This document shows, piece after piece, positions 1-11,210 of a stretch of 64,000 nucleotides of DNA (position 1 is the first letter of the stretch; the number at the start of each line of letters is the position of its first letter). The stretch lies in NCBI RefSeq assembly GCF_026571515.1, contig NW_026855093.1, positions 62,001 through 126,000 on the forward strand, given 5' to 3'. Under the pieces are notes generated by a model. It was not told where the DNA came from. It worked only from the letters and a program-made list of their open reading frames with translations, and ran no database searches. The stretch is from Ruditapes philippinarum (taxonomy: Eukaryota). A program made the position numbers and the translations under genes.

Positions 1-320
1 TCGTCCGTCCACATTTTGTTTCTTAACACTCTAGTGATCACTTTTTTGCCTCCATTGTAACCAAACTTATAGGAATATCCTGGAAATTAACCAAAAATGA
101 TTAGATGATTTCTAGCTCAAGTTCGAATATGAGGAAAAATGGTCAACAACTAGATCAGAGTGCCAAAAAAATTAATAACCCTCTTTATTTTAGCGTTTTT
201 AGATAGGATGTTATATCTGCTTTTCATTTCATAATTAAAAATTTTAATTGTTTCTTTAAATAACAGCCTTTATTATAATTATCAAGTGAGTGATATAAGA
301 GCAGAAATGACCCTCTTGAT
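1..320 (+). mobile_element. Degenerate pearl/HINE-like non-autonomous element (5' truncated by window edge)
   Basis: GTCC microsatellite at 1-10 and a 3' end 'aagtgagtgatataagagcagaaatgaccctcttg' resembling the GTGAGCGA...hairpin...CTTG terminus of bivalve pearl-like elements. Confidence 0.45.
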
Positions 321-378
321 GTCTTTGATTAAATGTGTTTGCACTTTTATAAGACTTATTTTAATTTAATTTTCCAAG

Positions 379-1081
379 CTATTCCGCTGATTGGATCACG
401 CTTCTCCCAAAAAATGGTGCAGATGTTAATACCAGTTCAAACACCGACGACAAAAGATTTCTCTACTGCAATCACCAGTTTGTGCAAGGATATATCGTAT
501 AAATGCATTATATGTTATACGATTGGAGAGTTATGCGACAAGTACCCTCTTGCTGTTATCTGCCCGGTATCTTCAAGGCTCGAGCCAGATGTTGACCTTG
601 CACTTAATGAAATACGGTGTAAGATTTTATCATACGTATTCTTTTATCAATAAATTGAACATTCCATTCAGGTTAGGGTAATTTCTGGTTTGATGTTAAA
701 TCTATAAGATTTTTGTTCAATAGAAAATTAAATATAAATTCTAAGTAATAATTGAATTCTAAATTGTTATTTCTGTGTTATGTGCGGCTACAGTTAGAAA
801 AGCATATCTATACTCCAGGTTGTAACTTTAGAATGTGTAATAATAAAAACACCTTTATTTCAGGGAAAGGCCCGTTTGTTGTGCTTCTACTCCATTCCGG
901 TTTAGAGAGCTCTTTACCTAGACTACCATCAGCTTCTAAACTTGCAAATAGGGACAAATACAAGAGTATTGAATTCATTGACATCGCTTATACCATGGAA
1001 GCAAAGTTATACAAGTGTCAGATGAATGAGTCTGCAAAACTTCAATTGCAAACATTTTTCGCCAGATTCTACAAGAAGTAA
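379..1081 (+). CDS. Last two coding exons (379-618, 864-1081) of an uncharacterised gene that starts left of the window
   Basis: AG|379 and 618|GTAAG, then TTTCAG|864. Both junctions are phase 1 and the join is open to TAA at 1081: ...YPLAVICPVSSRLEPDVDLALNEIRWKGPFVVLLLHSGLESSLP...IDIAYTMEAKLYKCQMNESAKLQLQTFFARFYKK*. Alternating beta/alpha pattern. Confidence 0.7.
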
Positions 1082-3439
1082 CCAAGCGTTTTGATCGCAT
1101 GACTTTCTGATTTTGTCTACCAGATAAAATTACAATATATTATATGAATGTGACAAAACAGCAAGTTAAAGATGCATTTCTTAATTGTGACCACGCCGAA
1201 TATTTTAAATAACTTGGTCCATCTTTTAGCAATCATTTTTAAGGAAATATTTAGGATAAGTATTGACTTAAGTACAGACTATGACCGACAGCTGTGTTTT
1301 CTGATCTTGGTCTTAACATTGGCATGTGTAGCGATAGTTATTACAAGTGCAAGTTATAAATTAAAATATATTCATTCCGGATAAGATTGAAAGTAAAGTT
1401 ATTTGCTTACTTGCTGCAAACATGTATCAATGCAGTCATGTGATTTAATGCAGATGCGACACAGACAATGATATAATTCGTTGTTTCAAATTTGTATCAT
1501 AACCGTTAAACATTAGAAACGTAATTACACTTTTTCGCGTGCTTTTTTTTACCACAATGGTAATTTAAACCTTATACATTATAGAGTGAATGTAAAGTTC
1601 AATTAAACTTACTTTGTACTTTGAATAAATAATTGTTGTTGTTTGCGAAAATATTACTAAAATTATTACAATTTATGAATTTGTTTGTTTTGCATGTTCA
1701 GCCATAAAAAAGAAAAATTACCCTCCGCATTTTTTGGGTGACCGCAACAATTAAAATGATAAATAAGGCGGGTAATACTCTTTTTATATTTGAATGTCCA
1801 TAACAATTACGAAAATCACAAGGAGGGCACATCCACATACATGGGTTTTGGCAAAAGGTAAGATTGGTAGCATTACCCACGTTCTTATGTTTCCGAAGCA
1901 ATATAAAGGATAATAAGAACATAATACCAATTTTTTACATAGGTATTGTCAACAGTAAAAATAATTATGAGGGTAAGACACTCCCTTTTCTTAGGTGTGC
2001 GCAACAATAAAAAAAACAATATTGTAGAGTGTATAACCCCTACCTTTACTGCCTGCATCCGTTTAAACAGCAATTAGGAGGTTAACACCATTCCCCTTTA
2101 CTTAAGTGTGCGCTACAATTAAAACAATAATAGGGAAGGTGACATGTTATTGTATTTTCAAACAGTAAATGGAAATCCCTAAATAGCGTCTAAAGCACCT
2201 CCTTAGTTATTTATAAATAAAATAAATTGTTCTGATAAATGGAAATAAAAATGTATCTGACTAAGATTTAGTCATCTGTAAAGAAAGATCAATTTTCTTT
2301 GAATGGTATCTTTTCCTGTGTCGGACCTATAAATATCGAAAATTACAAAAAAAGAAAACTGTGTCAACAAAATACATATTTACTTTCCGCTACTTTTATA
2401 ATTTTCAGAAAAATGATAATAGTATGACAGTGAATAGGTTTATATTGCAAAATCTTTAATTCCATCAATAATTATTTCAAAAGTATCTATTGTCAATTGT
2501 GAAATTATTATCTATGAAAAAGTCAATGCTGTTGTTTAGAAATAACAACTAATTCTTAATCTGTTTCAAATCGAAAAAGCCTCATAAGAAAATGACATAA
2601 CCTCGTCAAAATGTGTCGACTTTGCCGTAATAATTTCTACAACACCACATAAACGGAAAAAACATAAACATAAAACTTTCCATTGACTGCATAGAAAATA
2701 AAAATAGGTCGTTTAAATTTTGGCACCAAGCATATTTGTTGTGATCAGAAAAACAAATTATTGTCTTTATATTGATCGTTACTTGCGATGGTAATTATGA
2801 TAATAATCACAATATATTAACGTTATCAATGTACCCTGTCTTGCAGGCTCATACAATATATTGTGGTCCCTGTCTGTCGATGACAAGCACGTGTAACTAC
2901 CAATCACTGTACCTTACATATATTTTAACTCGAACCTATCTTGTGATAACAGGAAGTAGACCTGTTTTGGGATAACAGGAAGGAGACCTGTTTAGATACT
3001 GTGAATATAATACATATTAAAAATAAACGGCACACAAACAGTTGCTATTCTCGTAGACTTTCATGAAGGTTAATCACAGTTTATTTAAATCCATACTCGA
3101 TAGAAATAAAAAATAAAGGCACCGCCATATTCTGTGATCATAAGCAAAAAAACAAATTATTGTCTTATATATGTTACTTGATTAAAAGAATTAGATCACA
3201 ATAAAAAAGAGTATCTTGCGGCTCATCAATAAGTTCCTGTTTGTCATGAAAGCATGTAATACCAATGCATACCTTATATATAAGTCGCACCTATATTTGT
3301 AACAGTAGTAGACTGGTATCATATATTTTTCTTTTAACAAATAGCTCAGTATGAATGTTGTAAGACAAATAAGTCTTTAATAAGAACACAATAACGATAT
3401 AACACGCATTGGTATTTTATATAGTGTTTGTATTTATAT

Positions 3440-6400
3440 TTAATCATCGTCGCCATCTTTCTGTATTCTGTCAGCTGCATACTGCATTGTTTGTCTTAGG
3501 GCAAGTAACAGCGGGATGTTTGTCTGAGTTTCTATATCAAAATCAACCTCATAATTTTTGACCGGATGAATTAATGCCTGCTCGATCCCGAACATTTCAC
3601 TTGCTGTATTTATGGCATCCTTAACCTTAACGCTCCAGAACATTTTCGTGATATCTTTCGCTACTTCATTACACAGCTCATCGACTTTTGTCAAAATCAA
3701 GATCCGTGGGATATCTGTAAAATAAATCAGTATTCTTACTTTAACGGATAAGTGTAACTAGCTTTAATAGGTTTTGGCATCACTTACCATTTTACCAGAC
3801 TAACTATAGGTAACGATGCTAGGTGGATGTGATCACATAAAATATGAAATGAAATATAATGAGGGGAGAGAGTAATTTAATGAACGCAGTCTTCATAATA
3901 TATTTGATACTTCAATAAAATATAGAAAAATGTAATCCCTTAAAAACTTCGAAAGCGAAAAAAAATGTTGCAGGCTCGGTTTGATTGAGCATGTTCATGG
4001 ACGGTAATGAAAAGTGCAAGTTACCGTCCAAACCCCATGGTACCGACATAAGCAGATTTCAACATTTTAACAATAAAATGTGAATTTTGAATTTAGAAAC
4101 ATTCGCAGATGTGTTCATATGGAAGTTTTCATTGCGCGTGCCCTATACGAGAAAACAATGGGCGAAACTTAACAAAATGGAGTTTTAAAAGGGAATCAGA
4201 GGTTATGAAGCCCCCACGTGTGTTGTCGAATTTATAATAAAAGACAAATATAACTTATTTAGCGTGTCTTCCTAAACCTAAAAAGAGAAACATTAATTAA
4301 AATAGCTTAAAATCTAAAATCATTTATATTATTTTCATGAATATTTCTCACACATTTCTGTCGTTTGTTTACTATCCCTTTGCGATATAATTCATGAATC
4401 AACATTGCATTTAAGGTTTACTATTAAATAAATTCGATTACGTTGTTAATAAACCATACTCGCAAAATTTTGTAGACTCTCTTGAAAAGTATCAAATAAT
4501 AATGGCTCATGTCTTTTGGTTTGACCTGTTTAATTAATTTTCTGGCACATATTTAAGAAAAAAAACAAAAAAAAAAACAAAAAAAAAAAAAAAAAAAAAA
4601 AAAAAAACAACAAAAAAAACAAGAAAATAGATAAGAAATAAAAAATAAATAAATGAAATTAAATAAAAAAACAAATAAAAAATAGAGGACAGTGATGTCG
4701 TTACATTCAACTGATTTGTAGATTGAAAGAAAAAGGAAACACTCTGCTAACTTCACTACATAATGATAGTTAAACATGTACTTGTGTGTCAGTGTCTAAT
4801 TCGTGGATACGATTCAAGGAACTCCACTGTGACTAAAAGCATATAATTTGAATTTCTTTTTTAGATCGAATGGGGCACTTAAAAAATATATACATAAAAA
4901 AATAACAATATACATAATATAGATCAGAAATCGTATTTTGTGTTATTCTTAGCCCGAATTAAGTGAAAAGCACTGCAACGCTTTTAAAACTTTGGACATT
5001 TTTTCGCAATTAGAATAATTGTTAAGGTAAAACGGAGTGATCGAATAATCTAAAAAATTTTCACACAAAGTAAATGGTCTAGACCTTTATCCAATGGAGC
5101 ATTTATTTTGAAAATATAAATTCTTGTCTCGTCATACCAAAAAGCTCAGTGGAATGTAAGAAATGAACACAGTTTTAAAGTATACAAAATACGTACGTTC
5201 TCGCGTTATTTTTTCTTGTAATTGCTTAATCTTCTGTTCATACGCTGATGGAATTCCAGCGTGTATGGCTTTTGCACTCATAACAAAGGTAACGCAATGC
5301 ATTTGGTCTTGAAATGTTGGGTTGTGTCTATAATAGGGGCTAGTCTTATCGATTGGACCGGCAGGATTAAACTGCAATAATATCATAATGTTTAACTAAA
5401 TGACGTCATTCCTTTATCAATGATATATTTTGTTCATAAACATATGACCACAATATAAATGATTCAAAATATAAAACACTATTCATATCAAGACTTTGAA
5501 ATAATAGCATATAAGAGCATGACCTTATGTTAAATGTTACAAATGTTAAGCGTTGGTTTTCTCAAAAGACGGACGCTTACATTAACAATTAGTTTAGTCA
5601 TAGCGATATAAAAATTCAAGTACTAAAAAAACTGTTAAAATCTTCCGCCAGTTAGTTTATGTATCTCTTATCATTTCCTTATGCCCTTTCACAAAGATCA
5701 ACAAGATAAAATTGCGGCACGTACACCTTTCTAGATCTAGAGGGTCGAACACGATAATGCTTCTTTATTTCCGTTTGCTGTCCTAAATGTTACCAATTAA
5801 ATGCAAGTGTACAAGTTTCTAGATTGTTAATAATGACAATCTAAAATATACGACTACTAACCCTGTATCCATTTTTGATATGCCCTTTTATTAAGAATGT
5901 CAGGTCATCTGTATGAAAGCCGTGTCCATCACTTGGCTCAATTCCCATTGAATCAAACAAGCGGTATCGTCTTAACAAACTCCCCTCGGTATACCGTTCG
6001 AGCTGTTAGGGGTAAATCAGATTTGAGTATACAATCTTGAAGACTTTTAGGTAACTACTAAAAATGGATGTTATATATTTCACAAACAATTATGCTTTGG
6101 AACATCTATTAAGTATATAAACCCCTGACACAACTTGTTCCTTGGTATATTACACAGGTACTTTTCCACACTGCATTTACCCTATTTATCGTTTTGTACA
6201 CAACAGATTTTTTTACACATTTTTGTATATGAATACGAATATTAGTACAACCAATATAGTCAACACACTATTTAAATACATACTTCATATACAGTCATAA
6301 ATTACACGACACATTTATGAATCATATATTAAGGTTTGTTTGTTTAATTGATTTGGTTTAACGTCACACCGACACAGTATAGGTCATATTGCGAGATTCA

Positions 6401-9400
6401 TGCTTTACTGATGGAGGAGCATTATATCAGACACGCGGGCACCTGAGTAGAATCACCGAAGTTCCATAAGCTAGCTTGGTAGATTCCACACATGAAATAA
6501 TCCAAAGTCATTGTCGGGATTCGAACCCAAGTGGTTTGTAGTCAACGACCTTAACCGTTGGGCCACGGACGCCCGATACATTTATGCATAATTACACATG
6601 TACGTATCATTGTACATTGTAATTACATATTTGTATATAGAAATGTGTGCGTTACACAATAGTTCTTACATATTTGTGAATAACATACTTAGACATTACA
6701 GCAGGGCTCACACTGGCTCAAATAAAATAATAGCCAATAATTTTAACTTAAAAAAAATAATAGCCAAAAGTTCAGCGGACTATTCACGAATTAGCGATTA
6801 ACAACATAAGCAGTTGATTAAATAAACATTACATTTATATCTTTCAGTTTTATAAGGATTCTCAAATAAACTGATACATTTGTGTATATTGATAACTATC
6901 TGTTTTTAAATAGAACCACAACTTTAATTGTTATTATAGAACAGAAAAAAACGTTATAATTAGTATAATTACTGTATAACAATAATATTAAAGATTCATT
7001 ATAACTTTACATAATGCTGTTATCAGACAACTTTTTTTGTTTGTTCTAATCAAATTTTGTCAGCTATTTTGTAACCACTGTCAATTTCCACATTTCACTC
7101 AGAACTGGAGTAGATCTAGGTCATATTATTAGCCTATAGAAATAATACAAGTTTGCAAACTCATTCACAGAATGCAGCCTTTTTTTCTGAATAATTTACT
7201 GAAAAATATCATCTTCACCAATGTAATACAAATTTTCTGCCATAGAAGTAAAGATTTTTTAAGAGAACATAGCTTATTTCACCTTTAAATAAATATCAAA
7301 ATTATCGGTGTCGCGAAAATATGTGACAATCGGATTTTTCCTGTTTTCTGAAGAAATAATCACAATTTTGGTTGTTGTGCAAATGGTTGTTTGGAATTCA
7401 ATACTTTTTAAATATTTTACCATTGTTTTCCACTGGCGATTTAGTCAAGTAGATTAAAACAAAAAAAATATTAAAATTTGCAATTACTGTTTACTGGAAT
7501 TCACGGTAAATTTTGGGTAAGTCAATATCCAGTTTATCAATTTTAAAACGATTTTTATGGCTAATTTACGGATATTTGACGGCTTTTATAAATGCTGGAC
7601 AATATCTTCAAAGTACTTATACAATTATACATCTTGCATGTATTTTATCACCTCGGGCAATCTAGTTAGCAGCACGTGACCTGTAAAAAGTTGACACTCA
7701 ATTAAATGCACCCCGCTGGTGTTAATTGGGTCTACTGCATTCATTATCGATTTTTACACCTTATATAAACACTGTTGGAAGTAAAAAATAATCGCCAGAT
7801 TTTGTAGCCAAAATGCAAAAATAATCGCCAATCTTATAAAATAATCGCAAATGGCGACTATGGCGACCGACAGCGTGAGCCCTGATTACAGGTTTGAACA
7901 CAACACGTTATACATTACACTATCCATCGCAGCTGACACGTTAGACATAACACATTTGAAAATGACATAATATACATTTTGAATAAAGATAAAACCTTAC
8001 ATCTAGTGTCCAGCTCACATCCCTTCTTTCCCCTGTTCCTGCCATTGAACATATTCGTCCTTTCCCAATACTTATAATGGAATTGATAAAACTGGATTTT
8101 CCTGCTCCCACTGGACCTAGAATCAATAAATTTGGCTTTTTCTCCGACTGTAATTCTCTAATTTCGGATAATACGGATCGTTCAAGCTGTGATAAAATGA
8201 AATATTTCATACAATTGCACTGCTCTGTAATCTATATCTGCACGTGATCGTCAATTAAGTTAATGTATCTTCTAGGGTAACTATGTTAAGTCATATCTTA
8301 ATTTGAACTCAGTTTCAATTCATACATGTATATTCTGCAAAATTTATTTATACTTCCTTAAGCTTTGACTAAATGTGAGATTTCTTTACTGCATTACATT
8401 CTTCAAAAACCCACTTTCGTTTTGTAACATCAAATGTTCATATCGAAAAGTTGTGCTGTATATAATATTGAAACAAAAGTAAACTTAAATCAAAAATTGA
8501 ATCTAAACCACCTGGAAGGTATCCTTTCTATTAAAAATGACGAATACGTATAACGCATACCAGGCAAGCTTAAAATGACATTAAACCTATCAAAATGTAA
8601 ATGTTGCAGGTCACGTAAAAATGATTTCAGATCTAGCCATGTAACTGGTTTCAATTTCATAGTATAATTAATAACCCATGTTACGACCAGCAAATGCTTA
8701 AAGATCCTGTAATACAAATTTTTATGGTCTTATATCATAAATATGTACTCAAATCAATTTTGTAAGTTCCAAAAAGCATTATTAAGAAAGATATTACCGA
8801 ATTTAACATTTCATGTAAATTAAAGTAGGTAATAAAAAAATATTTTCTATAAAGTCTAAGTCAATTTTTTTCAATAAGAAATGAATGCATATATTTTAAT
8901 GATTACATATAATATGTACAAATATTTGCAGTACATATTTTACATATTCTTCGACGTTCGGAAAATTGTCTTATAAGCGTAATTATATACATATATATAA
9001 TTCCACTTAAGTGTGGTATACAACCTCAACATACAGGACCTTTAAATAACCTTCGGAATGCATAGATCCCTGGCCTGTTAACCGTTATCGTTCAATACAA
9101 AAAAGAGCTGGAGAGTCTTTTCATATATCAGGCAGTAGTTATATTTCATTCTATCTTTTATTGTTCAATGCATGCCCACTGTTTTAAATAAATTGCCAAT
9201 TTAGCTTAAATCGACTACAAAAATAATTAACATTATGTCACTTTAACAAACGGACCAGTATTGTTGTATTAAATGTTTTATTTCAGATTATAGTTTGAAA
9301 TTGAATATCGGAAAGGCGTGCTCATATGAATCATACTCTCCCAATGGAAATATAGAAGACAAGATTAAAAAATTCTGACCCCATAACAATTATTAAAAGT

Positions 9401-10830
9401 TTTTTGTTTAAAATATTAAGAATATTGGTCTTGTAATTTGCAGGATTACATTCCAGTCAATTACGCTAGTATTATCTTTAAAACACTCGTACCTTAGTGT
9501 AATCATTTACGGGGTTACAAATCCTCTAACTTTCGAATACGGACACGACGAAAATATCTTTAAAAACAATTAAGAATCAACTAAGGAAAGTGATTATCCT
9601 TTTTCCGTTTTGAGTAAATTTCATTCAAATGAATTGCGTTATCCCCACTGCTTATAAAGCAATTGGTTGGTTAAGTCCGTCTTATTTTTCCAAATGAATT
9701 TAATCGGCCGAACCAGTAGTAGCACATAACAAAATATGTCAATAGAAATCGGTAAACGACCAGGAAAAAGTATTCTATGAAGAAAGTTGTGCCCATTATT
9801 TTATGATATTATTTCAGAATCAAAAGTATATTAGCAAAATAAACGAACAAACTAAACAAAAACTAATAAAATTCAATAAAATCAAATAAATAACATTAAT
9901 AAAAAAAAACAAAAAAACTTTCAGTTTTCTTTGATTTAAATTTAGCGAATAGTGATGTATGAAAGACGATGAACATCCAATGACATCATCTCAGAGTACT
10001 TTGTATTCAGGTGGAATGACAAACATATAAAAGAAAGTTACCTCGGCGCTCCAATTTGAAGGTTGCCGCCATGGGCCAGTAGCACTGAACATTTTGGCCC
10101 GATAAATTTTTCTAAATATGTGATGTCCTGATAAAATTCCTAAAAAATGTTCAATCTCGACTGCTGGCTGTCGTGCCGGAGAAGCATCTAAAACTTTTAT
10201 CAAGAAAAGTGTCAATACAAAAGGAGCAATAGGGGAATGTTACACTACATTATGCATACTAAATGTAATATTGGAATCTGTAAATTTATTAATTTCTTAA
10301 TGTTCATTGACTAAATCGTATTTTGAATAAGGTATCAATTAAAGATCTATAATTTACCGTTGATCCAATGTCCAAATGTAGAGTGTTGTGTTAAAGTATA
10401 TATTTACATATAGTGCGTAGTGCAAATATAATTAATAATTTATTAATTAATACTACCGCAAACTATAGCTCTTGTTACTATTCCTTAGTCTAACTTTACC
10501 GAACAAACTTGTACATGAACTCTTCTTATACATGGTTCAATATATTCTTTCAATACAAAATATTCTATTTCTATAATGCGTATTAAAATGATTAAAATAA
10601 AGAAATAAGTCCGAACAAATGTACATATTCCTTCATTATTTGTTATCTGAACAATTTCACTTTTTGTTAATTAACAAAATAATATAAGAAAGAAACCGCA
10701 ATAAAACATACTGTTTAATAATCTTTAAACGATTATTGTATATGAAATTTAGTACCTATTTCAGTATAGTTGACTTCAGAGAGTAACTGAGAAAGAGAAA
10801 TAGTGCTTTACCTGACTGTTCTTATCCCAT
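3440..10830 (-). CDS. IFI44L: IFI44/IFI44L-like P-loop GTPase, copy A; TAA at codon 3 (pseudogene, or a 275-aa isoform starting at Met39)
   Basis: Exons 10830-10812, 10187-10042, 8186-8001, 6002-5862, 5371-5197, 3714-3440, all GT-AG and phase-consistent (942 nt). Motifs: PWR linker, G1 GPVGAGKSSFINS, G3 DSMG, GHIKNGY|FNP, MHCVTFV, G4 LTKVD, PVKNYE. Exon 1 reads ATG GGA TAA. Confidence 0.9.
3935..4215. mobile_element. Dispersed hairpin-rich repeat ('family X') copy
   Basis: Core 'gcaggctcggtttgattgagcatgttcatggacggtaatgaaaagtgcaagttaccgtcc' recurs about 8 times in the window, in both orientations. Confidence 0.75.
4555..4683. repeat. Poly-A/A-rich low-complexity tract
   Basis: About 130 bp of A-runs. 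The paralogous site in unit 2 (16226-16260) is only about 35 bp. Confidence 0.85.
6335..6575 (-). mobile_element. tRNA-derived SINE (older copy, predates the duplication)
   Basis: Minus strand has an A-box-like TGGCCCAACGG, B-box GGTTCGAATCC and an AAAC-rich tail. Paralogous copy at 17898-18141. Confidence 0.85.
6702..7884. mobile_element. Non-autonomous TIR DNA transposon (P/hAT-like), 1183 bp, only in copy A intron 3
   Basis: Terminal inverted repeats CAGGGCTCACACTG / CAGCGTGAGCCCTG, flanked by a 7-bp direct repeat ATTACAG. Multiple subterminal AAATAAT(A/C)GCC motifs. Absent from unit 2. Confidence 0.9.
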
Positions 10831-11115
10831 TGTGTTCTAAATAAAGGTATCGTTCGCTGTTTGTCACTCGTAAAATTTACAAGGAGTTAAAAAAACTAAA
10901 CTTTACTTTCTAAATGTGTGTTGGCAAATTAAGAATTAGTTTTAAGCATTTTTATACTCATATTTCTTTAGAAAGTAATGTCATAAAATAAAAACGCCAA
11001 ACTTATCGTTAAATAAATTGTTTAAAATAATCAGTGAAGAAAATTTCTAAACGAATTGCATAATTCAAGATGCGCATTAAGTTATGAACCAAATGCCGAT
11101 GAGTACACCCTGCAC

Positions 11116-11210
11116 GAAACTAAAAGTAGAAGGCGAAACCGATAAAGTCCGGGATATTCAGAAATTTTCGTTTTTTTTCTTTTCTGGGAAGTAGAAATTG
11201 AAAGTAAAAC
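11116..11210. promoter_or_regulatory. ISRE/GAS/kB-like motif cluster upstream of IFI44-like copy A
   Basis: GAAACTAAAAGT (11116), GGGATATTC (11151), TTCTGGGAA (11182-11190; TTCN3GAA) and GAAATTGAAAGTAAAAC (11194), about 290-380 bp upstream of the ATG. Confidence 0.6.

Noticed and set aside
1698-2073. Cys-containing ORFs with counterparts at 11648-11973
   Set aside because: Shared only through the duplication. Frames are broken by indels between copies and there is no splice support.
4553-4777. Phe-rich 74-aa ORF
   Set aside because: Translation of the poly-A tract.
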